NCBI GenBank assembly: GCA_963728205.1
Contig: CAVSIV010000006.1
Coordinates: 1-64,000, forward strand
DNA: 64,000 nucleotides
Source: an uncultured Chloroflexia bacterium
Lineage (GTDB): Bacteria; Chloroflexota; Dehalococcoidia; UBA2979
Direction: 5' to 3'
The number at the start of each line of letters is the position of its first letter. Positions within the stretch are counted from its first letter, which is position 1. The notes beneath the pieces are model-generated. The model made no database searches, had not been told where the DNA came from, and was given only the letters and a program-made list of their open reading frames with translations. The position numbers and the translations under genes are program-made. Of the stretch, positions 1 through 10,133 are shown one piece after another.

Positions 1-3000
1 GCTCGTGAGCCGGTTGGCGTTGTCGTAGAAGTACTTCGTCACCAGCCCGCGGCCGTCCGTCCGCTGCGTCACCCGACCCGCCGCGTCGTAGGTGTAGGTC
101 GTGACGTTCGAGAGGGGGTCGGTCACCGACGTGCGCCGGTTGTTCGCGTCGTACGCGTAGGTCGTCGTATTGCCGCGCACATCGGTCACCGACGTGCGGT
201 TGCCGTTCGCGTCGTAGCCGTAGTCCTCCGTCTGGCTCGCCGGATCGGTCACCGAGGTGAGGCGGTCCGCGTCGTCATAGGCGTACGTCGTCTCGTGGCT
301 GTTGGCGTCGGTGACGCTCGCCTTGTTGCCCTTGGCGTCGTACGTCGTGGTCGTCACCTGGCTCAGCTCGTTCGTCTCGGTGAGCACCTGGTCGCGGTCG
401 TTGTAGGTGTAGCTCGTCACGTGGCTCAGCGGGTCGGTCACCGAGGTGACGCGGCCGCCGAGGTCGTACGCGTAGGTCCACACCTTCGACAGCGCATCGG
501 TCACGCTCGTCCGGTCGCCGTAGCTGTCGTATCCGTAGGACGTGGTGTTGCTGAGCGGGTCGGTTACGTCCGTCGGCAGCCCCGCGCTGTTCACCGTGAT
601 GGTCGTGACCTTGCCGTTGGGGTCGGTCACGGACGTGAGGTTGCCGTTCGCGTCGTAGGCATTCGTCGTGGTGTGGCTGAGCGGATCCTCCGCTGTCAGC
701 ACCTCGTTGAAGCTGTTGTACGTGTAGGTCCAGACGTGGCTCAACGGGTCCGTCTTCGTGAGCACGTTCCCGCTCGTGTCGTAGGTGTAAGTCGTCGTGT
801 GGTTCAGCGGGTCCTTCGAGGTCAGCGTGTTGTTCTGGTCGTCATAGGTGTACTGCGTGGCGCCGCCGAGCGCGTCGGTGACCTTCCAGGTCCGGTAGAG
901 CACGTCGAAGTCGTACGTCGTCTTGTTTCCCCGCGCGTCGACGACGATTGTTTGCGTCGAGCTCGGCGCCGGCGAAACCGCCGGGCAATTCGTGCTCGTG
1001 TAGCTGGGCGCCGTGCCGTACTTGTAGCAGGTCACGCCGCCAATCGCGTCGGTCTGCTCGACGACTCGCCCCGCCGTGTCGAAGACCTGCGTGAGCGGCG
1101 TGTGCCCGTTCGCGTCGGTCATCGACGTCATGCCGTGCGTGTCGTACGCGTAGCTCGTCGTCTCGCCGCTCACGTCCGTGACCGAGGTGAGGTCGTCGCC
1201 CGTGTACGCGAACGACACGGTGCGCCCGAGCGGCCCCTCGACCTCCGTGATGCGCCCGGAGCCGTCGACGGTGAACGTGAGCGACCGACTACCCGAATCC
1301 GTGACCGAGGAGAGGTAGCCGCTCCCGTCGTAGCTCAGCGTCGTCGTGTTGCCGTTGGGATCGGTGATCGACGTCAGCTTCCCTGAGCTGTCGAAATCGT
1401 AGACAGCCTGGAGCTTCGTGGTGAGGGTGTAGGTGCCGTCGCCGTTGTCGACGAGCGTGTCCTGCACCCCGGCTGGTGGAACGTAGTCGCTGCCGGACAG
1501 CGCAAAGATGCTCCCGTGCCCGTCCGGATAGAAGACCGTGGCCGTCGTGCTCGTCGTGGTGAGGGACATGTCCCAGTTGTGCGTCCATCCGCGGCCCATG
1601 TCGCCGATCGTCGGCATCGCCGAGTGGTAGGTGCGCGTGAACTCCAGCGGGATCCCCACGCCGGGGATGCGCAGGTCCGTGTGCGTGTGAACGAAGTCAC
1701 CGCTGGTGGGGTTCACGGGGTCGCCGGTGAACGGACTCGGGTAGGTTGGGTTGGCCACCGGGTTGGTCGGGTAGCTTGGGCCGGGAAGTGGCGCGAGCGT
1801 CAGCGACACAGTGAGCGTACCGCTATCGGTCCCGGAGTTCGCGTAGATCCATGCCGTATACGTGCCGGTCGCGTCGAGCGTGCACGTCGCGGTGAAGTCG
1901 TCGTAGATCCACCCGTAGGCGTGACAGAGCTCCGTGCCGTCCGCACGACGGAGGCTCAAGTTCGGTTTGAACGAAGATCCCTTCGCGTACGTCCGCACGA
2001 CATCGCCACTCAAGCCGGAGAACGTATATGGATACCAGCGCATCTGCGCCTGCGTCACGCCCACGCGGGTTGTGCCATACCCGACGGGCGTGGGGGTCTC
2101 CGTTGTCGGCACACTGGTGCGAGCGACGTAGATCTGGAACGTCCCGCTCTCGTTTCCGTTCGCTGAGGACACCCAGATCGTGTGCATGCCCGTCGCGTCG
2201 AGCGTGCACTCCCTCGTGAACTCGTAGAGCGTGCCGTAGGCGGCGCAGAGCTGCGTCCCGTCCGGCCGGCGTAGCGAAACGTCGGGGTGCGAGTACCCGC
2301 TCGACCGCACGCGCAGCAGCAGCGTCTCGCCGCTCGTCCCGCTGAAGGTGTACGGGTACCAGCGCATCTGCGCCTGGGTCTGGCCGGTCAGCACGTCGCC
2401 ATAGTTGATCGTCGTGGCGCTCTCGGTCGCGGGCGCGCTGATGCGCGCCAAGTAGATCTGGAATGTCCCGCTCTCATTCCCGTACGATGACGCCACCCAG
2501 ATCGTGTGCGTGCCCGTCGCGTCGAGCGTGCACTCATCTGTGAACTCGTAGTTCGCGCCGTAGCTATAGCACCGCGTGGTCCCGTCCGGTCGTCGCAGCG
2601 ACATCTGTGGATGCGTATAGCCGCTCGACCGCACACGCAGCAGCAGCGTCTCGCCGCTCGTCCCGCTGAACGTGTACGGGTACCAGCGCATCTGCGCCTG
2701 GGTCTGGCCGGTCAGCACGTCGCCATAGTTGATCGTCGTGGCGCTCTCGGTCGTGGGCGCGCTGATGCGCGCCAAGTAGATCTGGAATGTCCCGCTCTCA
2801 TTCCCGTACGATGACGCCACCCAGATCGTGTGCGTGCCCGTCGCGTCGAGCGTGCACTCATCTGTGAACTCGTAGTTCGCGCCGTAGCTATAGCACCGCG
2901 TGGTCCCGTCCGGTCGTCGCAGCGACATCTGTGGATGCGTATAGCCGCTCGACCGCACACGCAGCAGCAGCGTCTCGCCGCTCGTCCCGCTGAACGTGTA

Positions 3001-3804
3001 CGGGTACCAGCGCATCTGCCCCTGCGTTTGGGCAGTCAGCACGTCGCCATAGTTGATCGTCGTCGCGGTCTCAGTCGTGGGCGCGCTGATGCGCGCGAGG
3101 TAGATCTGGAAGGTCCCGCTCTCACTTCCGTACGGTGAAGACACCCAGATCGTGTGAGTGCCCGTTGTGTCGAGCGTGCATTCTTTGGTGAACTCGAAGT
3201 TCGTACCGGCTGCTGGACAGAGCTGCGTCCCGTCCAGCCGGCGTAGCGATATCTGTGGATGCGTGTAGCCGCTCGACCGCACGCGCAGCAGCAGTGTCTC
3301 GCCGCTCGTCCCGCTGAACGTGTACGGGTACCAGCGCATCTGCCCCTGCGTTTGGGCAGTCAGCACGTCGCCATAGTTAATCGCGGTGGTCGTCTCGCTG
3401 GGCATCGGGGCCGTCCGCGTGACGTACAGCAGGTACTCCCCGCTCGCTGCCGGGCTGGAGCTGATCGCCACCGTCCAGGTTCCGGTAGCATCGAGCGTGC
3501 ATTCTTTGGTGAACTCGGTGCCGCTCTGAGAGCACAGGCTCGTTCCGTCGGGACGCTTCAACGACATCGCCGGCGTGACGCTCGAGAGCTTCTTCACCCG
3601 CACGAGCACGGTCTCGCCGCTCGTGCCACTGAACGTGAAGTTGTCGATCGCCCCCGAGGAGAGCGTGCAGTCCTCGACGTCGTTGTAGTTCATCGAGTAG
3701 GCGCATGCGGCCAGAGCCCGCCGCGCATGGAATGCCTCGAGCGCGGCGAGGCTGGCGATCAGCAGGGCGAGTCCCAGGACCAGGTGCAGCCGGTGGAAGC
3801 GCAT
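1..3804 (-). CDS. Secreted RHS/YD-repeat protein with ~6 tandem PPC-like N-terminal domains and DUF6531-like region; runs off the left edge
   Basis: Not in ORF track because it has no stop in the window. ATG at 3804 gives MRFHRLHLVLGLALLIASLAALEAFHARRALAAC (signal peptide); GDPVNPTSGDFVHTHTDL...LEFTRTYHS...MGRGW at ~1560-1730; YD repeats to the edge (TDGRGLVTKYFYDNANRLTS) in the same frame. Confidence 0.9.
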   Translation of the reverse strand, partial: MRFHRLHLVLGLALLIASLAALEAFHARRALAACAYSMNYNDVEDCTLSSGAIDNFTFSGTSGETVLVRVKKLSSVTPAMSLKRPDGTSLCSQSGTEFTKECTLDATGTWTVAISSSPAASGEYLLYVTRTAPMPSETTTAINYGDVLTAQTQGQMRWYPYTFSGTSGETLLLRVRSSGYTHPQISLRRLDGTQLCPAAGTNFEFTKECTLDTTGTHTIWVSSPYGSESGTFQIYLARISAPTTETATTINYGDVLTAQTQGQMRWYPYTFSGTSGETLLLRVRSSGYTHPQMSLRRPDGTTRCYSYGANYEFTDECTLDATGTHTIWVASSYGNESGTFQIYLARISAPTTESATTINYGDVLTGQTQAQMRWYPYTFSGTSGETLLLRVRSSGYTHPQMSLRRPDGTTRCYSYGANYEFTDECTLDATGTHTIWVASSYGNESGTFQIYLARISAPATESATTINYGDVLTGQTQAQMRWYPYTFSGTSGETLLLRVRSSGYSHPDVSLRRPDGTQLCAAYGTLYEFTRECTLDATGMHTIWVSSANGNESGTFQIYVARTSVPTTETPTPVGYGTTRVGVTQAQMRWYPYTFSGLSGDVVRTYAKGSSFKPNLSLRRADGTELCHAYGWIYDDFTATCTLDATGTYTAWIYANSGTDSGTLTVSLTLAPLPGPSYPTNPVANPTYPSPFTGDPVNPTSGDFVHTHTDLRIPGVGIPLEFTRTYHSAMPTIGDMGRGWTHNWDMSLTTTSTTATVFYPDGHGSIFALSGSDYVPPAGVQDTLVDNGDGTYTLTTKLQAVYDFDSSGKLTSITDPNGNTTTLSYDGSGYLSSVTDSGSRSLTFTVDGSGRITEVEGPLGRTVSFAYTGDDLTSVTDVSGETTSYAYDTHGMTSMTDANGHTPLTQVFDTAGRVVEQTDAIGGVTCYKYGTAPSYTSTNCPAVSPAPSSTQTIVVDARGNKTTYDFDVLYRTWKVTDALGGATQYTYDDQNNTLTSKDPLNHTTTYTYDTSGNVLTKTDPLSHVWTYTYNSFNEVLTAEDPLSHTTTNAYDANGNLTSVTDPNGKVTTITVNSAGLPTDVTDPLSNTTSYGYDSYGDRTSVTDALSKVWTYAYDLGGRVTSVTDPLSHVTSYTYNDRDQVLTETNELSQVTTTTYDAKGNKASVTDANSHETTYAYDDADRLTSVTDPASQTEDYGYDANGNRTSVTDVRGNTTTYAYDANNRRTSVTDPLSNVTTYTYDAAGRVTQRTDGRGLVTKYFYDNANRLTS
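1800..3700 (-). repeat. Intragenic ~324-bp (108-aa) tandem domain repeat, ~6 copies
   Basis: Recurring TINYGDVL..QMRWYPYTFSGTSGETLLLRVRSSGY...ECTLDATG; ~2431-2695 appears identical to ~2755-3019; ORF track shows identical peptides 324 bp apart. Confidence 0.9.
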
Positions 3805-3816
3805 CGTCAGTCCTCG

Positions 3817-4332
3817 CTACTTTCCGCAGTAGCCGTTGATTTGCTCGAGCATGACAGTGGGCGTTCCGTTAGCTTGGACGTCGACGCCGTAGCGAAGCTC
3901 CACTGTTGAGTGCGCGCCGACGGACAACGCAAACACGTGCTCTACGCGGCCGTGGTCCTCAGACCCCAGTTCGAGCGTGGTCGAAAACGTCGGCTCGCCG
4001 GCGGTCACCTGCCCTGCATCCGTCGCGAGCACCGGGCCCGTCAACTCCAGGTTGACTGCGTTTCGATTGGCAAAGCCCGACATCGCCTGCGCCGTCGCGG
4101 CCGCCAATCTCGCCACCGCGACGGTGTCCCCAGTGCAACCATCGATGAAGCTCTCGGCAGCGCCCGGACCCTCGTTCGCTGGTGATGCGCTGCCGATCGC
4201 CGCCGGGGTACTGCTCGCGGGCGTCGCCGTCGCGGCAATCCCAGGCGACACGGCGAGTGCCATCAGTGCGACCAACGCAACCGTGATGGCCACTACCGTC
4301 GATCCTCCGACTGTCCAGACGCGACTCCGCAT
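3817..4332 (-). CDS. Hypothetical secreted protein, likely cotranscribed with the RHS gene
   Basis: Hydrophobic N-terminus, GGAGG-like RBS, two Cys, stop 12 bp before the RHS start. Confidence 0.65.
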   Translation of the reverse strand: MRSRVWTVGGSTVVAITVALVALMALAVSPGIAATATPASSTPAAIGSASPANEGPGAAESFIDGCTGDTVAVARLAAATAQAMSGFANRNAVNLELTGPVLATDAGQVTAGEPTFSTTLELGSEDHGRVEHVFALSVGAHSTVELRYGVDVQANGTPTVMLEQINGYCGK

Positions 4333-5023
4333 GGCGACCTCCCGGAAATCAGGTCAGATGGGGCAATTGATCGACCAGCCGAATGACGAGTTCGAGACGG
4401 TCAGGCACGCAACCAGGGGCAGGCCGAATCGGTTGACCCGAACCTGTCTCGCGTCGACGCCTGCGCCGCGTGCGGAGCCCGTGAGCAGGCCCGTGGCCGC
4501 AAGAGCCACGTAGTGAGCGTGAAGGCACCTGCGGATAGGAGTCCGTTGGGCCAGCCAGCGCGGCCGTGGAGCCGGGGCGTTGCGAAGTGCGTTCAGACGA
4601 AGCGGCCACGGGACCCCCGACCGCACTCGTGCGAGTGCTACCAGTCGCGGCGCCCCCCGGTCGGGGACCGGCGAACCGAGCGGTTCAGCCCAGGCCCTGT
4701 GGGCTCGGCCAGCACGTTAGCGGCTGTTCGACGGCCCGGGTCTCCCCAAATGTTCCGATTCCCTCTGGATCCCATGAGCAATTGCCCAGGACCCGTTCCC
4801 GCGACGTTCGGCGGACGATCACACCGGGGTCGCCGCCGGTTCACGGCGCGCCATTCGCCCGGCACCGGGCACAGCAGGATCGATCACGCGAGCGGCGGTC
4901 GGAGCAGTCCGGCGTCGCCGGGCGTTACCCGCAACTCGTGGCGAGTACGTGGCACGCACCGCGTTCGCGCGAATCGCTACACTCGAACGCAGTGCGACCG
5001 GGTGTAGCGGTCGGGTGGAACTC

Positions 5024-5333
5024 ATGGTCGAACTCGCTCCTCACGTGCCGGTACCGCTGGGCGCCATCGAGGCCTTCTGCCGGAAGTGGCACGTCGTCGA
5101 GTTCTCGCTCTTCGGCTTCGTCCTGCGTGACGACTTTCGCCCCGATAGCGACATCGACGTCCTGGTGCGATTCGCCGCGGACTACCGGCCGCGGGTTCGA
5201 GTTCGTCGACATGAAGCTCGAGCTGGAGGACCTGTTCCGCCGGCCGGTCGATCTCGTCGAGCAGGGCACGATCGCCAACCCCTTCCGCCGGCACGCGATC
5301 ATGCGCGACCGCGCCGTGCTCTATGCGGCCTGA
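5024..5333 (+). pseudogene. MNT (minimal nucleotidyltransferase) antitoxin, frameshifted at ~5191
   Basis: MVELAP...SLFGFVLRDDFRPDSDIDVLV in one frame, GFEFVDMKLELEDLFRRPVDLVE...NPFRR in another; the conserved GS is GF here. Confidence 0.8.
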
Positions 5334-5445
5334 CGAGCGCGACGCCGCGTATCTCTGGGACATGCGGCGGTACGCGAGCCGCGCGAGCAAGCTTCCCGCC
5401 GTTAACCGTGAGACCGGCCGGTACTTGCGAACAGACCGATGGTGA
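5323..5445 (+). pseudogene. Truncated HEPN/DUF86 toxin, N-terminus only
   Basis: MRPDERDAAYLWDM overlaps the MNT stop, typical of DUF86 starts; similarity is lost after ~18 aa. Confidence 0.6.
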
Positions 5446-5467
5446 CGCGTCCCGATGGCATCTAGTA

Positions 5468-5517
5468 CCAAACTGGGTCATCGATCCCCAAACTGGTAGA
5501 ATCAACGTCCAAACTGG
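5468..5517 (+). repeat. Three direct repeats of CCAAACTGG, candidate integrase arm-type or excisionase sites
   Basis: Copies at 5468, 5488 and 5509 (20-21 bp period), ~105-155 bp from the tRNA fragment. Confidence 0.55.
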
Positions 5518-5622
5518 AAGGACGTGTCAGAGCCGACCCACTGCCTCACGCGAGTTGAGGCGTGCGAGATCGGACGATTCTGAATCTGAACGGGCGGCAA
5601 AACGCCGTTTTTTCAGGGGAGC

Positions 5623-5669
5623 GCTTCCCAAGCAGAGGGTCGCCGGTTCGAATCCGGTCTCCCGCTCCA
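5623..5669 (+). mobile_element. 3' fragment of tRNA-Gly(CCC), putative att site of an integrative element
   Basis: GCTTCCCAAGCAGAGGGTCGCCGGTTCGAATCCGGTCTCCCGCTCCA has the anticodon loop CCC, T-arm, 3' acceptor strand and CCA; D-arm and 5' acceptor strand are absent. Confidence 0.8.
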
Positions 5670-5907
5670 GATCTCTCAATTCTCTGTGCCGGGATCGGCC
5701 GTGCCAGATTCGTGAGTCTGGCATTCCTGCTGATCGAGCTACGCGGCCACGACCCCAAAACCGGCCTCGCCGAGGCTCGGCTTTGGCGCCGGCGTCGAGC
5801 GCTCCGGCGACGATTGAAGAGGTTGCGAGTCTCGCCGCGCACAGGCGTGACTCGCAGCGTCGTGACGAATCCGAGGGTGGCGCGCCACCGTCACGCGCGA
5901 TGTGCCG

Positions 5908-6195
5908 TCAGTCGGCCTGCGCGCCGCAGGAGTCCTGCAGCGCCTGAATCTCGGCGCCGCGCTGACCGTGGCTCGTGTTGTCGTTGCCCGAGACGTTGTT
6001 TCCGACGCCCAGCGTCTCGCCGGAGGCCAGCCCGTTGGCGGTCACGCCGGCCGAGTAGTAGGCGATGCAGTTCCCGCTGTTGCCGGCCTGTGAGTTCGGG
6101 TTGGGAGCCGACACCGGCGCCGCAAGCGCCGCCCCCGCGGTCCCGACCGTCAGCGCCGCGCTCACCAGGAGTGCCCCCAGGATTCGTGTCCGCAT
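5908..6195 (-). CDS. Small secreted Asn/Gly/Ser-rich protein with two Cys
   Basis: Signal peptide ending ALA-A, GGAGG RBS, upstream promoter-like motif. Confidence 0.75.
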   Translation of the reverse strand: MRTRILGALLVSAALTVGTAGAALAAPVSAPNPNSQAGNSGNCIAYYSAGVTANGLASGETLGVGNNVSGNDNTSHGQRGAEIQALQDSCGAQAD

Positions 6196-6243
6196 TCCGA
6201 CCTCCCTGAAACGTTGGACTGAGTTGACCCCCGGCGGCTGCGG

Positions 6244-6297
6244 ACCCTAGCAACGCGCGGCTGAGCTGAGGTTGACCGCAGGTTGAGCGCAGGTTGA
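6244..6297 (-). promoter_or_regulatory. Promoter with 11-bp-period TCAAC direct repeats and -10 TAGGGT
   Basis: GTTGA at 6271, 6282, 6293 plus GCTGA at 6260 on +; ACCCTA at 6244-6249. Confidence 0.65.
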
Positions 6298-6656
6298 GCC
6301 GACGTCGGACCCTGCGACGTGGGTCGCAAACGGTTGCCTCATCCACGCGGGTAGCGCCGTGAACCGCCGGAGCGTCACCCGTCGCCGCCCGGTCCGACCA
6401 GACCAGGCCCCTGAACGGTCGTTGAACGTCACCTGACCGGCGAAGTAGACCTCGCCGGCGCCGCCGGCCTTCTCCGACGCGAGCGCGCGATGGAGACCGG
6501 CGGCGAACCGGCGGTGCGCGTGCCTTGCACACGGCGAGGGGCTCCGCGAGTCGCGGAGCCCCTCTCTTGCGCTTCGCCCGTCCGGGCGAGGGCTGCCATC
6601 CGGCCGCCCGCGCCACGCGCGCGAGCTCGCGCGGCGCAGGAGCGGATCGGGACAGC

Positions 6657-9600
6657 CTAGTTGCCTGCGTAGAATCGAGAACCTGGCCGGCATGTAGAGG
6701 GCTCGCGGGAAGGCGGTCGGCCATGCGCCGAACACCTGTCCGCCCTGGCCCCACGCGCCCTCGAGCGGGCCGCCGGCCTCGTACCACATGTTCACCGCCG
6801 TCCCGTTGGTGTTGAACATCAGCCAGAACTTCGTGCCGCCGGCGAGGACCGTCGTCGGAATCGGGATCGCGTTCCACGCGTACGCGGTGAGGGTCGTCGG
6901 CGCACTCTGCAGCACCAGCGTGCCGGGAGCCCCGTTGTTGTCCGTGTAGATCGCGACCTGGCCCTGGTTGTTCGGCGCCGGGTTCACGGGGCCCACGTAG
7001 ACGCTGATCTGCGTCACGGTGGCGTTCGTCTCACCCATCGTGAAGACGGAGCCGTTCATGTTGTTCACGTCGCCGCGGTCCTGCGACGTGCCGACCGTGT
7101 TGTTCCCGATGACCTTGCCCGGTGCGGGCGGCGGCGTCGGGATCTGACCCGCGAACGTGGCGTCGTACGTGCCCTGCTGCACAGGGAACACGGCGTAGTC
7201 GATGCCCTTGATCGTCTGGGTCGTATACGGAACCGCCGTCGCACCCAACCTGACCGACGACAGCGTCGCGTTCGGGAGCGTGCTGATCGGCAGGATCATG
7301 TACATGCCGTGCGAACCGGCCGCCGCGTTCACCGTGAAGGTGAACACGTTCCCGATCCACGCCATCGCGCCGATCGAGGAGTTGTTGCGGCCGTCGAGCC
7401 ACGTCAGCATCTGCGCCGCGGAGACGACGGGGATGCCCCGCGCCTGCGCTGCGTTGATGATCGCGTCGGAGCCGGCCGACACGGCCTGGTCCGTGTGCAT
7501 GTTGGCGACGATCGTCGCGTAGTACTGCTGCGGTCCGGTCGCCTGGTCGAGCAGCGTCACAATGGCGTCCGGGACCGAGAGCCCCGACTCGTCGGTCATC
7601 TGCGTCGTCGCCTGGTAGACGTCGATCAGCGACCCGTCGAGGTTCGCGAATCGCATCACCTCGCCCGTCCCGTTGAAGTACGCGGTCTGGCCGTGCGTGA
7701 AGTTCGACGGGTAGTAGTAGTAGTTCGTGTCGAATCGGATCCCGTACTTCGCTTCGACGAGCGGCTCAGTCGCCCAGTCGTCCCACTCGACGCAGTGCGT
7801 GCGGTTCGACACCTGGGCGGGCACCTCCGGGTAGAAGGTGTGGAACTTCGCGAGCTCCGCGGCGACGTCGGCGTCCCAGTCGGCGGGCGTTCCCCACGGC
7901 AGGCACTGGTTCGTCAGGTGCTGACCGATCTCGAACCCCTGGTTGACGAAGTTCACCGCGTCGGACTCGGGGATCGAGTTCGGGTACATGTACGAAGTGC
8001 TGCGGATGCACGTCCAGTCGGTGAGGCTGCAGTTCGCAGGGCTCAGGTCGAGCTCGTGCTGGAACCGCCCGGAGGTCCCGCCGCGACCGTGATCGTCGCC
8101 GGTCATGACGATGGCCGCCGCCTTGTTGGACGGCAGGTACCACAGCCGCGGGAGCGGCTTCTGGACGTCCAGCGTCGTGATCAGGTTGGCGAGCAGCCGC
8201 TGCTGCTCGTCGGCGATCGGGATCAGCCCGTTGGCGAGGTTGTTCCAGTCCGGCTGCGGGTCGTATGACGCGTTGCCGAAGAAGAGATCCGCCGTCTCCA
8301 TGGAGTCGACGCCGTCACGGTTCTGGCCGGCCCAGTCCGGGTTGCCCTGGCGGGTGAGGACGATCGACCGCGCGAGGTCGTAGGTGAACGCCACGGCGTG
8401 TCCGCCGGAGGAGCCCACGGACCGCTCGGTGACGGCGGGCAGACCCGCCGGCGTCGAGATCGTCGTGTACAGGTTGGCCAGCGCGGTCGCGCCGCTCAGC
8501 GTGTAGCCGTCGGCGTCGCCGTGGTACTGGATCACGGCGTGCGTGATGCCGACCGTCGCCGCGTCGTTGCTCAGCACCTGCAGGTAGCCCGCGGGCAGGG
8601 TCTGGCCGGTGCTGGTGAGGCCGAGCAGGCCCGCGAGCTTGACGTCAGGTCGCACGGCGAACAGCTGTCCGCCGGCGGAGACCCAGTTCGTCAGGAGCGA
8701 CACGGTCGTCGGCGTCACCGACATGTGGCCCAGGATCGCCACGTCGTAGTTCACGAGGAGCTGCGGGGTGAGCGTCGAGACGTCCACCATTCGGTAGTAG
8801 TTGAGCCCCTCGGCCGTCAGGATCTCGGAGTAATACCGGGAGTACGCGTCCGTGCTCGACGTGATCACGAGCACCGGACCGCCCGGCCCGCTCGTCGGCG
8901 ACGGGGTCGGCGACGGGGTCGGTGACGGGGTCGGTGACGGCGTCGGCGACGGGGTGGGTGACGGCGTCGGCGACGGCGTCGGCGACGGGGTCGGTGACGG
9001 CGTCGGTGACGGCGTCGGTGACGGCGTCGGCGACGGGGTGGGTGACGGCGTCGGCGACGGCGTCACCGACGGAGTCGGCGTCGGGGTTGCTTCGCCCGAT
9101 GCGTACGTCAGGTAGAGCGAGAAGTTCCACGCGCCGCGGGCCGCGGGGCCAAAGCTCGTCGGCCACGTGCCGTAGGTGACCGGCGCGCTGAACGCTCCGT
9201 TCCCGCTCCCCACGCTGTAGGCCATGTTGTTGTAGCTGTGACCGCCGGCGTTCGTGTTGTACACGATCCAGTAATCGGTGTTCGGCGCGAGCGTCGCGGT
9301 GATCGCGACCTGGTTCCAGCTGTTGCCGACCAGCGTGCCGGACCCACTGCTGGCGACGAGCGCGTCCGGCGCGCCGTTGGCGCCGCTCGTGTAGAACGCG
9401 ACCTGGAACTGGTTGTTCGGCGCGGCGTCCACGTTGCCGACGTAGACGCTCGCGCTCGCCGTGAGGCCGCCGACGGCATCGGTCGTGAATCGCGATCCCG
9501 TCATGTCGTTGGCTTCATATGAGTCGGTGAGATTGCCGACGGTCGTGTTGCCGAGCGTGGTCGCTGCGGCGAGTGACCGGAGAGGGAGCACCAGCAGGGG

Positions 9601-9663
9601 CACCCCCACGATCAGGACGAACAGAATCGTCACGGATACGGTCTTGAGTCTGACTTGTTTCAC
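6657..9663 (-). CDS. Large secreted multidomain protein: DUF4082-like domain, Pro/Thr/Ser linker, deacetylase-like barrel, second DUF4082-like domain
   Basis: GTG 9663 plus signal peptide; motifs IVMTGDDHG and RTHCVEW; two related terminal domains; removing one T at ~6673 gives C-terminus FSIYAGN* at 6657. Domain names are by eye. Confidence 0.7.
8893..9087 (-). repeat. 12-bp tandem repeat encoding an (SPTP)n linker
   Basis: ~15 copies of a GACGGSGTCGGY-type unit. Confidence 0.95.
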
Positions 9664-10133
9664 AGGTACGCCCCAACTCGAGTCTCGTGGTCGACCGGTG
9701 CCCCCCGAACCGCCCCGCGCGAGGCGCCCCGAGCCGCCGCCGATGTCCCGCAGCACGGATTCACCCCGGGATTCTTGGGACTGCCCGTCGCGAGCGGGTT
9801 GAGTGCTGGTATGCAGTTCGCCGCGCGCCGGCGGTACTCGCCAGGCGGCCGATCGGCCGGGCGGCGCCGCACCGATCGCGCGCGCCGTGCCTGACGACGG
9901 CGCCGCTCGCGGTGGCGCGCGCGGCTCGCGACGCGGCCTCCAGCGCGCGCCCCGACGGCGGCGTATGCGCGCGCTCGCCGAGCGTTTCCGAACCGCGACC
10001 CGCGCTCCACGGTTTCGACACCCGCTCGCTGGATAAGGGACCGCGCACGAGCACGCCACGCGGCATCGCCACCGGCATCAGGCCGCAGCCCGCTCGACGC
10101 CAGGACATCGCGCACCCGCGAGGGAGGACATCC

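Noticed and set aside
4490-4612. 11-bp inverted repeat (CCCGTGGCCGC) in the RHS operon leader as riboswitch or MITE
   Set aside because: Short GC-rich inverted repeats are expected by chance here; no known motif or target duplication seen.
5600-5669. Functional tRNA-Gly
   Set aside because: No D-arm or 5' acceptor strand, and the anticodon stem pairs over only 2 bp.
6247-6656. Arg-rich C-terminal extension of the 1270-aa ORF
   Set aside because: It arises from the extra base at ~6673 and overlaps the promoter of the 5908-6195 gene.
8893-9087. Non-coding repeat or (DGVG)n protein on the + strand
   Set aside because: It is the in-frame (SPTP)n linker of the minus-strand gene.
9700-9810. c-di-AMP riboswitch (GGGGTGAATCC on the minus strand)
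   Set aside because: The other conserved elements, such as the CCCGTCAGCTAA-like segment, are not visible; an Infernal/Rfam search would be needed.
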